From contig CM022675.1 in NCBI GenBank assembly GCA_012295275.1, forward strand, positions 11,284,001-11,348,000: a stretch of 64,000 bases of DNA, in the 5' to 3' direction. Numbering within the stretch: position 1 is the first letter of the stretch; every line of letters starts with the position of its first letter. Below are positions 30,680 to 44,592 of the stretch, piece by piece. A model generated the notes under the pieces. It searched no databases. It saw nothing but the letters and a program-made list of their open reading frames with translations, and was not told the DNA's origin. This DNA comes from Chrysomallon squamiferum (Eukaryota > Animalia > Mollusca). The position numbers were made by a program, and so were the translations under genes.

Positions 30680-32099
30680 TTCTTCTTCTTATTATTACTA
30701 TTATTATAATTATACTATCAGATAAGCCTGCGCAGAGAGGATTCTGTGACGTCACAACATCAGTTAAAGTTATCTGATTGGATCAACATCTTCGTTTTGT
30801 TCACTTAATAAAAATTACTTTCACTTTTGATTCGACACATAGTTGTGATCTCTGCATTTAATATAAAATTTATCGAAAATTGCTAAATGCTTTTCCATTG
30901 TTAAAAACTAAAATAATAAAACAGATTTGAGTGACAAGTAGTCATAATCTTAATAATAAATATAATTTTTCGTGTAAAACTTTTATACGGTTTTCAGTCG
31001 CTATATTTTATGTTAAGTACGAAAATTGTAAAACGGAGAAAAATATTTTATTTGTTTATTTATTTATTGTTTACTTGTTTGTTTATTTTTGTTTGTTTTA
31101 TTTTTGTTTGATCCTTTCTTTATATATTTTTATATTAATAATATTTAAAACAAAATAGTTATCATGATATTTATCAATAAATAAATAAATAAATAAATAT
31201 TTAAATAAATAAATATTTAAATAAATAAAAAAATAAATAAATAAATAAACAAACAAATAAATAAATAAATAAATAAATTATCAAACGAACGAGAAGAAAA
31301 AAAATGTTGGACCAAGATGAGAAAATAAAGAAAATAAAGAAAATAAAGAAAAAACTTTTTTTTTTTTTTTCAAAACTTTATTTTCCATATTAAAATATAT
31401 TTCGTTAAATTAATCTTATTTTTAAAAATATTTTTATATAGCCATACATCTTCATTAATTTGTATCCACAACTTTAAATAAATGAAACATAAACAAGAAT
31501 AAAAGAAGAAATTCAAGGAGAAGAAAGAGAGAAAGAATCAAAAGATAATAAAGATGGAAAAAGGTAAAAAAAAAAATAATTTAAAAATCAAGAAGAAGCA
31601 GAAGAAGAAGAAGAAGAAGAAGAAGAAGAAGAAGAAGAAAAGAAGAAGAAGAAAGAAAAAAAGAAAACAAGGAAAAGGAAAAGAAAAGTAGAATAAGAAG
31701 AAAGAACGAACAAACGAAAGAAACAAAGAAACAAAAGAAAACAAAACAAAGAAAATCGGACGTACATTCTCAAACAACAAACAACAACAAGATTTATACT
31801 ACACACATTTCAGCTTTTGTTTTTCATCTTCAGACTTTTACGATTCCCAACCCACTTAACCTTCATTCTAACCACGACATACGGGGTTGAGGTTGTGAGT
31901 GTGGGAGGGGGGGAGAGGAGAAGAATGCCACCCCTGTCCCCTCTCTCCCGTCTCTGGGGCACTTACATAAACAAACAGACAAGCGTGGAAACGAAATTAC
32001 CCATTCACCAGTGCCACAGAATTGTAAATTCTTCAACAACGTCACATTTTACGAGCGACACAAACGAGCCCTAAATTTCCTTTAATAACCTTGTATTTC

Positions 32100-32470
32100 G
32101 GTTATTCCATTGAGCAGCACATGGTCTCATAATTCCGGGCAAGTCCAGAAACCAAATTAAGGTAGAGAAGAGCAGATTCGGATACGCCAGATTTCGAAGA
32201 TGGGGACGCTAACGTAAAGCCAATAGCCAAACAAAAAAAAAAAAAAAAAAAAAGGTTTAGATCAGAATAATGGTCGCCGAAGGGACAGTTTTATGATATA
32301 GGTTTTGTGCTCGTTTAATATTTATTCACGTGGCCCCTGACAGGATTTGATTGACAGTATTGTCACGCGCAGAAGGCTGTCCGGCATATGCGACCTCTAA
32401 CTCAGAGAGAGAGCGCATGAAGGGTGCACGTGACACTGTCGTACTAAAGTCAGAAAGTTTTATAATTGGA
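32100..32470. promoter_or_regulatory. Candidate TALE/E-box enhancer island
   Basis: TGATTGACAG 32348-32357 flanked by TGACAG 32338 and TGTCA 32361; CACGTG at 32327 and 32427. Confidence 0.5.
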
Positions 32471-32704
32471 ATTGAAAAAGCAAACAGATTTTATGGTAAT
32501 TCGGGAAGAAGAGATTTTTATGTTTTATTGGTGGTTGTGTGTGTGTTGTTGTTTTGTGGAAAGTATCTGGAATTGTCCGCTCACCTGATTTGATTTCTTT
32601 TATTCGATTTATGATCTTGTTTAAATTCTATTCTGTGGGTTTGCTTCTTTTTTTTTTCGATGAATTTGAAATATTTTGATGACTAAATTTTGTTTTTGGC
32701 TTTG

Positions 32705-32861
32705 TTTTTCCCTTTGTTTGCATACTAAGCTGAAAATTCAAATATTTTTTTTTTTTTTTTTTTTACTTTATGTTTATTTTATTCTATTTTATTTTATTTT
32801 ATTATATTTTTTTTTTTTTTTTTTTCCCTTTGTTTGCATGCTAAGCTGAAAAATCCAAATA
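32705..32861. repeat. Local duplication of a ~40-bp unit (TTTTTCCCTTTGTTTGCATRCTAAGCTGAAAA...)
   Basis: Copies at 32705-32744 and 32821-32861. Confidence 0.9.
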
Positions 32862-33392
32862 ATTTGTCTCTTTTTTTTACTTTACTTTATTTTATTTTAT
32901 TTTATTTTATTTATTATTATTTTTTTTTTTTTTTTTTTATTTATTTATTTTTTTATTTATTTATTTATTTTTTTATTTATTTATTATCTTTTTATTACTT
33001 TTTGGATATTATGATATATTTTTATTTTTATTTATTATTTTTAAATTCATTTTCATCTTTTATTTTTTTTTTATTTATTTTTTTTTTTTTTTTTTTCATT
33101 CCGAGCATGCGAAAGGAAATATCACAACAATAAACATGCGATTAAATTTTCCTCTTTTTTCTTCTTTTAACTTCTTTGTCCTCTTTCATTTTTTTTTTTT
33201 TTTTTTTTGTTTGTTTGTTTTTTTTTTTTGTTTGTTTTAGGTTTATCTTTTTAAAAATTATTTTTTCCTCTGTTCGTTCATGATGAAGAAAATAAACAAA
33301 ATATATATTATAGCATTATTATTAGCAGTGGTATCACCATTACTGTCTTCATCATCATATTTTTTTATTATATACTTTCCAAGATATTTCTC

Positions 33393-33428
<36 letters not shown>

Positions 33429-33785
33429 TCATTTCTTTTCTCATTGATTCTTTTGTTATTGCCTTAATAATCACTTAACTAAAAATAAAAATTTATTTTC
33501 TTCACAGACTAACAAGGTTGAAACCTAAAACAAATAAATACATAAATAAATATATAAATAAATAAATAAAGGAATGAATGAATGAATGAATAAATAAATA
33601 AAATAATTAATAATCAGCTAAAATTAAATAAGAATTAAAACAGTTATAAAGAAAGAAACAAGAACATTAAAACAGTTATGCATATAAAGGTGTTAAATTC
33701 CTATCATTGTATACTGAAGGAAAAGTAAGAAAAATAATGTCAAATATAATATTCAAATAAATACTGTAATAGTAATAATAATAAT

Positions 33786-33849
<64 letters not shown>

Positions 33850-34010
33850 CAATTGTATTTTAATGGGATAATAAAGAAAAGAAAAAAAAAGAAAAAAAAA
33901 GAAAAAAAAAAGAAAGAGAAAGAAAAAAGAAAAAGAAAGAAAGAACTAAAACAAATGAAAAAAGAAAACAGTCTACAAATGAATTTTTGGGATGATGATG
34001 ATACTATTAT

Positions 34011-34057
<47 letters not shown>

Positions 34058-34259
34058 ATACTACTAATACTACTATTTAGTATAATAAACAGAAAGGGAG
34101 GCTATTGAGCAACCTATCCAGTACTAACCCTACGTTAGTCAAAGTAGAGTTACCTCCCTGTCGACCAAGGCAGCAGAAAGTTTCTATAAATTATCCTGAA
34201 AGCTCCTAAATTGTTGCACAGTTTCAGAAGTACGATAAATACTGAATCAGGTGTATGCA

Positions 34260-34780
34260 TTTGTAGTCGTAGTAGTAGTAGTGGCAGTGGTAGTAGTAGT
34301 AGCAGCAGCAGCAGTAGTAGTAGTAGTAGTAGTAGTAATAGAAGTAACGGTAGTGGTATCAGTTATAATTTTAGATATCGTAACTGTTACAGTAATTGTT
34401 AGGACTGGTAGTATAGTGAAAATAGTAGGGGAAGGAATAATAATAATTATACTACAAGTAGTAGTAGTAATGGTAGAAGTAGTTATAGTAGTAAAGGTAG
34501 TGGTAGTAGTAGTGGTGGTGGTATTAGCAGTAGTGGTAGTAATATAATAATATTTGTAGGTGTAGTAGTAATAGTAGCAGTAGCAGTAGCAGTAGCAGTA
34601 GTAGTAATAGTAATAGATGTAAAGAAGGGTAAATAGTAATAGTTATAGATATAATGAGAATAATCTAAAATGTATGGTATTTCGTATTTGTAGTGCAGTG
34701 GTGGTTGTAGTGGTGTGGTAGAAGTGGTAGTAGTAGTAGTATGGTTGTTGTTGTCGTTGTTTTAGATATTGTAGTAGTAC
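34260..34780. repeat. Degenerate (GTA/GCA/GTG)n array
   Basis: Directly visible. Confidence 0.9.
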
Positions 34781-35477
34781 TAGGAACAGTTTATGTCACA
34801 GATACAATATGTAGTTTTAACAATGGTGGTAGCGTTAACATACTATAGAAAAATTAAATTTATTTCACTTGTTCTTGATGTTGAAATGGATCTGTCTATT
34901 TCTTTTCTTTTTCTTTCTTTTTCTTTTTCTTTTTTTTTTTCTTTTTTCTTTTTCTTTCATTCAGTTTCCTCCTTTAGTTTAATGTTTTTTCAATTATTAA
35001 TCGAATAATATTTCATCGAAAAAATAATTTTTTAAAACCCTGTAATATTCATATTTGGGTGATTTCCATAATTTTATATGAATTATTAGCCCGATTTTAA
35101 ATCAATTTTTTTTTTTTTCAAAGAAATATCAAAAGAAAATGAAATTAGAGTAATAAAAATAAAAATAAAAAATAAAAATTATGAATATGGACGATTAAAG
35201 GAAATACAGTTAACGATTTTATTGATATTATCATAGTTATAACTGTATGTTAATGAACACTGAATTAAGAGCAAGAAAAAGACGATGACGAAGAAGAAGA
35301 AAGAAGAAAGAAGAAGAAGGAGAAGAAGAAAAAAAGAAGAAGAAGAAGATGGAAAGAAGAACAAAAGTAAAAAGATTAATACAAATATAATCATGATACT
35401 TAATAAAGAAAGAAAGAAACGTTGACATTCATTGCCACATAGACCCTTACATATATAACGGAAGAATATAAACGCAT

Positions 35478-35600
35478 ACTTACATACATACATACATATA
35501 TACATACATACATACATACATACATACATACATACATACATACATACATACATACATACATACATACATACATACATACATACATACATACACAGACATA
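35478..35600. repeat. (TACA)n microsatellite
   Basis: Directly visible. Confidence 0.95.
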
Positions 35601-35615
35601 CACACATTCATATAC

Positions 35616-35800
35616 AAGACGATTGCCGAATGGTAACGAGGTCAGCGGGTGAATGGGGTTTCATGAGTTCGAGTCTCGTCAGCGGCATCTGACAGGATTT
35701 GTGAGGTCGTGATTGGACTTTGTCTTTCTCTGCCAGTGCGTTCCTGAATATTGTCTCTGCCGTGCAGAGTCTAATCAGACGTACATAAAACAGAGAATAT
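35616..35800 (+). mobile_element. tRNA-derived SINE-like element (or tRNA pseudogene head); 3' end uncertain
   Basis: A-box-like TTGCCGAATGG 35623-35633 and B-box GTTCGAGTC 35667-35675 at tRNA-like spacing. T-arm ATGAG-TTCGAGT-CTCGT is intact, but the acceptor stem does not pair. Confidence 0.55.
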
Positions 35801-36479
35801 TCAAACCCTAAAATATAAGCATAGACACGTACATCCAATCATAAATGCATACATAAATATATATAAAAAAATGGACAAAATCTCCCCAAAAAAAAAAAAA
35901 AAAAAAAAACACACACATAAAAACAACAAAACAAAAAACAACAAAAGCATAACTCCCCAAGACAGGAACATTTATGAGAAGAAAACCAACACAAAAATAT
36001 TTTGAAAAACAAAAGAACCATCATTAACCAGCTCTGCTTCCAAAATGACAACAAAAATAAACAACTTCTGACTATATGCATGCCAAACAAACAAAAAAAA
36101 ATAAATAATAAAATAAGATCAAAGAAAATAAAGTAAAATTAAATAAATAAATAAAAAAACAATAATAATAACAATGATGATGATGATACTACTACTACTA
36201 CTACTAATAATAATAATAATAAGAAGAAGAAGAAGAAGAAGAACAACAACAACAACAACAACAAGAAAGAAAGAAAGAAAAAAAGAAACAAAGAAAGAAA
36301 GAAAATAAAGTCATCTTCATCAAAGGAACTCTCTAATATTCAAAAAGTAAGTAAGACAACATAAAAAAATTTAAAAAAATAAAAAAGGAAGAAGAACAAG
36401 AAAAGAAAGGAAAAGAAAGAAAATAGAAGAAAAACCCAAAACAACAACAAAAAAAAAATAAAATAAAATAAAATAAAAG

Positions 36480-36830
36480 AAGCGACTTGGTGATGGCCAT
36501 ACAAAAATGGCGAACGACCTTTTGCAAATTTACAGTTCCTATGCAGAAAGACAGTATATTTCGAATTTCAATTATGTCCTTTCAACCTCGGCGTTCGCAA
36601 TCTCTCATTATAAGAAAATTTATTCCTTTGCCTCGGCAAATCAACGTTCGCACTGGTGTTATGGCCCCTCGAAACGATACTACATTAATTAGCGTTGATC
36701 GTGTCTTCTGGAGAATCAAGATATGAAATCATTCACGTGGAAAATGAGACGGAGTAGGTGAAAAGGTTTGCTGAACCTAAAACTTTTTCGAATAATGAGT
36801 TACTGTGATGGTTTCGACTTTTAAGTTCGT
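36480..36830. promoter_or_regulatory. Candidate regulatory island
   Basis: YY1-type AAAATGGCG ~36504, TTCACGTGG 36732, homeodomain ATTAATTA ~36684. Confidence 0.3.
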
Positions 36831-36929
36831 GTATACAATGATTTGAATCTAGACATTGATTTCTTTTTTTTCTTTTTTTTTTTTTTTCATTTTTTTTTTT
36901 TTTTTTTTTTATTTATTTATTTATTTATT

Positions 36930-36963
<34 letters not shown>

Positions 36964-37954
36964 TTTTTTTTTTTATATTTTATTTTTTTTGGCTCTAGAT
37001 TGACTTAATTGTATACTTAAATTCTGCAGTTCTTTTCCTTTTTATTTTTATTTTATTTTTTATTTATTTATTATTTTTATTATTCTGGTTAATATTCTTC
37101 TTCTTTTTACTCTTTATTTGTTTATTGTTTTGCATCTAGTTCATTTTCTAGCAATATCGAGAACACTTCTCAAAAAAATAAATAAAATAAAAACTTAAAT
37201 AAATAGAAAAAAGACAAATTATAACAAAGAACATTTTGTTTTTTAACGAAATAATTTATTTTCTGTTATTACTGATATTGTTATTATTATTATTGTTTAC
37301 GTTTTCCTTATGATATTATGAATTAAACAATTTAAAAATTACACATAAAAACATGACTCGGTGAAATAATGAATGAATGAATTTTTACTGACGAACTAAA
37401 TAATAATAATAATTATTTCTGAAAGTTTTCTTTATTTGTGTGTTTCTTTGTTTTCTTTTTTTTTTTTTGGGGTGGGGGGGTCGATGTTTCAGTCTTAAAA
37501 ACAAACAAATAAAGAAATCTTTTTTGAAATAATAATTATCATTTGGTTCATAAAGAAATTTTTCGTTCAATGTTTTTGAGTCCTGATTTTGCGTTCTAGA
37601 ATGTGGTGTGGTTCTTGATGGTGGAGGGTGAAGGAATACAAAAAATTCTTGTTTCTTTCTTTCTGATTCCAAAACACGTTGAAACACAGACTCAGGCTTT
37701 TTGAAACTGTGCGAAAGATAAACACAATTCTAAGTTCAGCTGATGTAAACACGTTTAAAATGGCGGAGTGAATTCTGTGTTTGATTTACAACTTGTTTGT
37801 TGTTTTTGTTTATTTATTTGTTTATTTATTTATTGTTATTGTTACTGTTATTGTTATTATTATTGTTTTTGTTGTTGTTGTTGTTCTATTTGTACTACTA
37901 CTACTGCAAATACTTCTACTACAGTTACGGCTGCTATTACACTGGTACTTCTAT

Positions 37955-37992
<38 letters not shown>

Positions 37993-38217
37993 TTACTACT
38001 ACTACTACTACTACTACTACTACAACTATTATTATTGGTACTTTTACTACTTTTGGTATTACTATTATTACAAAACATTTCATTAAGCGTTATTGTATTA
38101 ATTTTTATTTATATTTATTTTTCTTGTAGTTATTGTTCTTATTTTATTAACATCACCATCATCATCATTATTACAATTATTATTATCATCATCACATCAT
38201 CATCATCATCATCATCA

Positions 38218-38260
<43 letters not shown>

Positions 38261-38627
38261 TTTATTTTACTTCATTTTATTTTTATATAAATATAAAAGA
38301 TTTAATTACTTCAGTTTTTTTCATAATTTCAAAGCTCTTAAATGCATTCCTGTATAAAATATTTTTTAAAGTATTATACTCGATCTCATAAGCCTGAAAA
38401 CAAGTAATCGTTTCGTATTGTGCTTTCTTAACAATTTATTCATTTAGTTATAGTTATTGCATTTTATTCTTTTCTATTCTGTTCACTTTATTTATTTATT
38501 TAATTTTAATTATTTATTTATTTATTTATTTATTTTTTTTTTAACTGACGATATTTCATTTTTTAAAGTATTTCTTTATTTGTTTTGGTTTGTTTGTTTG
38601 TTTGTTTCTTTCTTTCTTTCTTTCATT

Positions 38628-38699
<72 letters not shown>

Positions 38700-38716
38700 T
38701 ATTTTTTTTTTGTGTG

Positions 38717-38747
<31 letters not shown>

Positions 38748-40074
38748 TATTATTACTAATATTTTTTTTTTTTTTTTTGATTATATAATTGAAGCAGATT
38801 TCCTGTTGAAGTAATGACACTAAACATGCTTCCTTTAGGGGCTGGGTGAGCTTTTAGGTTTGGACGCGGGACATGGATGAACTTTTCACTGGCACTTTTC
38901 GTTGATGTATACTAATTACGATGCATCTACTTCCCTGTACTTTTTAATTGCACTTTAACCTGACTGACTGTGTGTGCAGTCAGAACTTAACAACTCACTA
39001 ATCCCGTACCACACAGTGCAATAGTTTGTGTTAAGAGTTCGTTTCAGTGTTACTGTCATTCCCTATCTATGTGTGTCTGTTATTTTGTATGTGTTAATAC
39101 AACAAACTATTCAGTTTAAAAAAAAAAAAAAATAGCAAGCCATTTTTATTCAAACATCGGTAATACATTGTTTCAATGATTCAGTTCAAAGATTGATTTT
39201 GAACGCAAAAACATGCAATAACGACAGTGTGAAAATCACAGCGATTAAAATTATTAGGACATACAGAAAACATTAAATATTCAAAGAGAAATGTATACAT
39301 GAGAGAACAACAGAAACCGGAATAAATAAACACAAAAAGAAAGAAAGAAAAAGAAAGAAAGAAAGAAAGAAAGAAATGACGACAAATGAAGAAGGCAAGC
39401 AAACGATGGTGATTCAAGTTAAATAGTATCTCCACATACAAAAATACCACCCAGGACAATAATTCTTTAAAACAGTAGAGACCAACAGCAGTGAAATAAA
39501 ACAAAACTGACCGAAAATGAAGAAATAAAAACGAAACAAAAGAAATATCACACACACACGAGCTCCTGCTCAACTTGTACCCCAAACAGTCATGTGCCAG
39601 AATATAAACCCTAATAAAGACTTCATAATTCGGCAAACACAAACTATGACTTTCTACGTTACGGGTCGACACCAGCATTTCAGAGAAGAAGGAACAACGT
39701 TGAAGCCATCGTTAACAGAAAATATTATATATGTGTATTATCAAGTGAGACGAATTTTGAAAATAATAAAATCAAGCAACAAGACCGAAATGAGTAATAT
39801 TAGCAACAACAACTAAAATGGCAATAATAATAATGATGATGATGATGATAATGATGATGACTGCGATGATGATGACGGTAACAACAACAGCAACGACGAC
39901 AACAGTGTCATTAATCCTTTATTCAGACCTGAGAATCCTAATTTTTTAATCCGTAAATGTATTTATGTTGTAATGCACGAAAAGAATGCGACAAATGCGT
40001 GTCCAATATTTCTTTTTTACATAAAATTCTAAGAAAATCAATATTATTCTTCTAATACATTATTAATCTTCGAA

Positions 40075-40132
<58 letters not shown>

Positions 40133-40718
40133 CAAACAAACAAACAAACAAACAAGCAAACAAATAAATAATAAAGAGACTAACAAACAAATAAATAAAT
40201 AAACAAATAAACAAATAAATAAAATAAATAAAATAAAATAAAATAAAATAAAATAAGCACAAAACAAACTCTCGTAATTATAATTTTAACCAACGTATAA
40301 TGCCTACATTATTTTGCTGACCTAGTGCAATATGATCCATGAAATATTACCGTGACCTGTTAATATTTGTTTCTGCCAGGTTTCTGCGCTTACGTATAAT
40401 TCAACTATTGCTATAACGATACGTCTACGTCTAATATTTCTAAAAAAAAAAAAAAAAAAAAAAAATGTCTGGAATGTTTAAAGAATAATTGTTTTATTAG
40501 TGAAATATAACCTAAAAGGGAGGCTTGTCATTAATTTAATATCTGCATTATTTTACTTATTGCTATATTTGATAATGGTATGATTTAATATTGAGTATTT
40601 TCCTAGCTAGACCAGTCGTGTGAATTTAACGTCGTAATTCCCAGTTCAGTGAATATTAATAATAATAATGATGTCGTATTTTCTTAGCTTGTCACCCCGC
40701 ATTAATTTAACGCTGCCT

Positions 40719-40719
40719 A

Positions 40720-40788
<69 letters not shown>

Positions 40789-40886
40789 ATTGTTATTATT
40801 ATTTTTATTGTAGTAGTAGTAGTAGTTGTTGTTAATGTAGTTGTTATTATTTTTATTTTTATTGTAGTAGTAGTTGTTATTGTCAC

Positions 40887-40926
<40 letters not shown>

Positions 40927-41010
40927 GTTATTATTATTATTATTATTGTTATTATTATTGTTATTATTATTATTATTATTGTTATTATTATTGTTACTAT
41001 TACTACTACT
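40719..41010. repeat. Compound (TAT/TGT/TAG)n array
   Basis: Directly visible. Confidence 0.93.
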
Positions 41011-41468
41011 TAAATATCCAGTCACGCGTTAATTCTATGATTTACTGTATTTACCGTTGACTAAAGCTACCAGTCAATACGTCTGTTGTCCTTGTTATTA
41101 ATCACTCGGTGTATAACAACAGCAACAACGTGTCTGTGTCACCTGTACAAGCGTCACCTGTTATGACGGCATCATCGAATGTCGATTACTCAACGGCTCG
41201 TATTTCGTGCTGTGGTTTCGACTTTCGTGTCTTTGTGTACATGCAACTGACTAAACACACGTACATGAAAACATACACAGAAAGAAAGGTAAGAAAGTCA
41301 GATGGATATACAGACAGACAGACACTTACATAGATAGATAGATAGATACATAGATGGGTGGATAAATGGATCGATGGTTTAAACATTATTAAAAAGCAAT
41401 ATCAGAAACAACAATAACAACAATACAATCACTAAAATGGCAAAAGTAGCAATGATAATAATAATAAT

Positions 41469-41519
<51 letters not shown>

Positions 41520-41662
41520 GATGGATGGATGAATGGATGCATTTATACATGATCAGATATGTAGACAGAATAGATAGACTGATAGACATATAGAAAGAGA
41601 CAGAGACAAATATATAAACGCTTATATTTGCTTACATTTATACATTTTCATATATATATGTA

Positions 41663-41697
<35 letters not shown>

Positions 41698-41910
41698 CTG
41701 TGTATATATGTATGTGTCTGTGTGCGTGTGTGTGTCAGTTGAACATCTGTTCATGTATAGAAAGAAAAAAAAATACAAAAATAAACTCTATGAAAAAGAC
41801 TTCAGTGGATAAGCTATGTAGAATAAATAAATAACTAAATAAAACTTTAAACTATATATCAAATAAATATAAAAATTGTTGATAAATAAACAGAAATATT
41901 TTAAAAACGA

Positions 41911-41945
<35 letters not shown>

Positions 41946-42129
41946 CAAACAAGAAAACAAGAAAGAAATAAATAAAGATTACGATCGCTTTTCACAGATA
42001 TAATTATTTTAACGTACAGAATTATTTAACCAGTAGACAAATAAATTACTTCTTCTTTTGAAAAGAAAATATCACATGCAAGGGGGAAAAAAAAAATATA
42101 TAAAAAAAATAATAATAATAAAAAAGCTT

Positions 42130-42720
42130 CTCTTTTCTGTCTCGACTTTCTGGAACTTTCGAAGACTCGACTTGTCAAGAAAATCTCTGAGATTTCTGCT
42201 AAAGATACCGACATGCAAGGAAACTCCCAGTTTACGACCGACATGAGGCGACAAATGAACGAATTTCTAAAATATCTTCCAACCAAACTTCGCAGATATT
42301 GCCTCTGCCTGTCGAAAATTTACGCACTGCTAGCTAATACATGCAAATTTATGTGTCGTGTTCCGCCCATAAACAATCAAACCGGAAATGACGGTCTTGC
42401 AATAACTGCAAGCGAGAAAGGAACTCTTCACTTTGTTCTGGGCCGAGTTACCGGGAAGGGTAAACAAACACGACAATCAGAGAGACAAGACGTCATTAAC
42501 CGAACGCATGATCAAAGAATGCTGATCGGCCTTAATCGAAAAGAGACCACATAATCGCTTGTCCCAGATGGCCAACCGTACAAATTGTTAACGCAATCTG
42601 AGCTTCCAGTGGACTGGATATTGAGCTGTTTTTGTTTTTTTTGAAATATGGCAGACCGTTTTTGTTTACCTGTCCTCTTTAATGAAGACGTCTGAAGTGA
42701 CGGGATGCCTCTGTAAATTA
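42130..42720. promoter_or_regulatory. Candidate enhancer island
   Basis: Octamer ATGCAAAT 42341, ETS ACCGGAAAT ~42381, Fox GTAAACAAACA ~42460, TCF GATCAAAG ~42510, E-box CAGATG ~42565. Confidence 0.45.
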
Positions 42721-42844
42721 AAGCTCATTAAATAGTTCATTATAGTTCAGTGAAATATTTTGGCAACGGCGTTATATTTTTTTTTTTTTTTTTTTAAAGA
42801 TATTAGAATTGCTTTGTGATATTAGAATTGCAGTGGTAGTAATA

Positions 42845-43115
42845 GTAGTAGTAGAAGTAGAAGTAGTTGTTATAGTAGTAGTAGTAGTAGTAATTGTTGT
42901 TGTTGTAGCAGTAGTAGTAATAGTAGAATTAGATGTGGTAGTAGTAGTAGTAGTAGAAGTAGAAGTAGTTGTTATAGTAGTAGTAGTTGTTGTAGCAGTA
43001 GTAGTAATAGTAGAATTATATGTATTGGTGGTAGTAGTAGTAGTAGAAGTAGAATTAGTTGTTATAGTAGTAGTAGTAATTGTTGTTGTTGTTGTAGCAG
43101 TAGTAGTAATAGTGG
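42845..43115. repeat. Higher-order repeat: three ~90-100 bp units built from GTA/GAA/GTT triplets
   Basis: The same ordered interruptions (AGAAGTAGAA, GTTGTTATAG, TTGTAGCAG) recur three times. Confidence 0.85.
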
Positions 43116-43304
43116 TAGTGATTGTAATAACAAACACAGCAGCAGCAATAGTAATGGTAGTAGCTGTAATAGTAGTTGTAGCAATAGTGTTTGTAGTAGT
43201 AGTAGCGGTACTAGTAGTAGTAGTAGTAGTAGTAGTAGTGAAAAAGTAAAAACATCACATATATATTTTATTTTTATTTATTTATTTATTCTATTTTTCT
43301 TCTT

Positions 43305-43366
<62 letters not shown>

Positions 43367-43519
43367 GGTTATTATTATTATTAGTAGTAGTAGTAGTAGT
43401 ATTACTGTTGTTTTTTCTTGTTTGTTGTTATTTATTCATAACATTATTGTTTTATTATTCGTTATTATTTCACTTTTACTTTAATTATTCACCCTTTTTT
43501 TTTTTTTTTTTTTTTTTTT

Positions 43520-43860
43520 ATGCCGACATAATTATCTCTCAACCCAGTCACGTGACGTCGACAAAGAAAAACAAATAAATCAAAATATCATATGACGGTT
43601 TCGTCTATCATTTTAACGTCTACATACATTTTCATGCCGTGATAGTTTTGTTGCGTTTTTATTTCGCCGAACGGCGTCAAACATTAACAAAATGTTTCGG
43701 TTTTCAGCTGGTTGGCCGCACCTGCACGTGACATGCAGAAGTCTGGCCGGTCTGCTGTGACGTCATACGTCCATTCGTTTTTAAATTTGTTAATTGGAAA
43801 CAAACGAAACGAATATCGCTAAACGATGCGGGTTTTGAACTCGCGGTTCAAAAGCAGCGA
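43520..43860. promoter_or_regulatory. Candidate bHLH/bZIP enhancer island
   Basis: GTCACGTGAC 43547-43556, CAGCTG ~43705, GCACCTGCACGTGAC 43718-43732, TGACGTCA 43758-43765. Confidence 0.5.
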
Positions 43861-43966
43861 AATAGTAATGATAAAGATGTTAAAATAAAAAAATAAATAA
43901 TAATAATAATTTTACTACTACTACTTCTGCTGCTGCTGCTGCTGCTGCTGCTATTAATATCTACTT

Positions 43967-44002
<36 letters not shown>

Positions 44003-44093
44003 ATAATAATAATAATAAAAATAATATATGTGTGTGTGTATGTGTGAGCGTGTCTGTTAATAATAATATTAATAATAACAATAACGGCAACAT

Positions 44094-44125
<32 letters not shown>

Positions 44126-44528
44126 GCAACACCATCAGCAACAACAACAGCAACAAAAAAACAAAAACAATAATCCTTGATAAACTGGACAAAATTACTG
44201 TATCCACAGGGAGTGAAAAATGAATGGAAATTACACATCACAATCAGTATTTCTAAGCATTTCGCTACATTATTTATCGCACTTTATTATTAACAAAGGT
44301 TGGATTCTTTAAACTAGTAAGCGCGAGATTTGCGTCCAGGATCTCTCACCTATCAACGTGTTACGTGCTGTGCTACTGTACTCCGCTTTGCTTCACAACC
44401 ATTCTGCATTTGTTGTGTGTATACAATTATTGCCATTGATGCTAGGATTACAGAATCCCAGACATTAACTTTGTAACTAATAATATCCCATTGATATTAA
44501 CTGTAATAATAGTAATAATAATAATAAC

Positions 44529-44592
<64 letters not shown>

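Noticed and set aside
32338-32357. GACAGGATTTGATTGACAG, reminiscent of an 18S rRNA segment
   Set aside because: Flanks show no rRNA similarity; it is better explained as TALE binding motifs.
44310-44380. Possible second tRNA-like SINE head on the minus strand; also B-box-like fragments at ~25860 and ~52360
   Set aside because: The B box is badly degenerate or the T-stem does not pair, and the spacing is off. Too weak without a database search.
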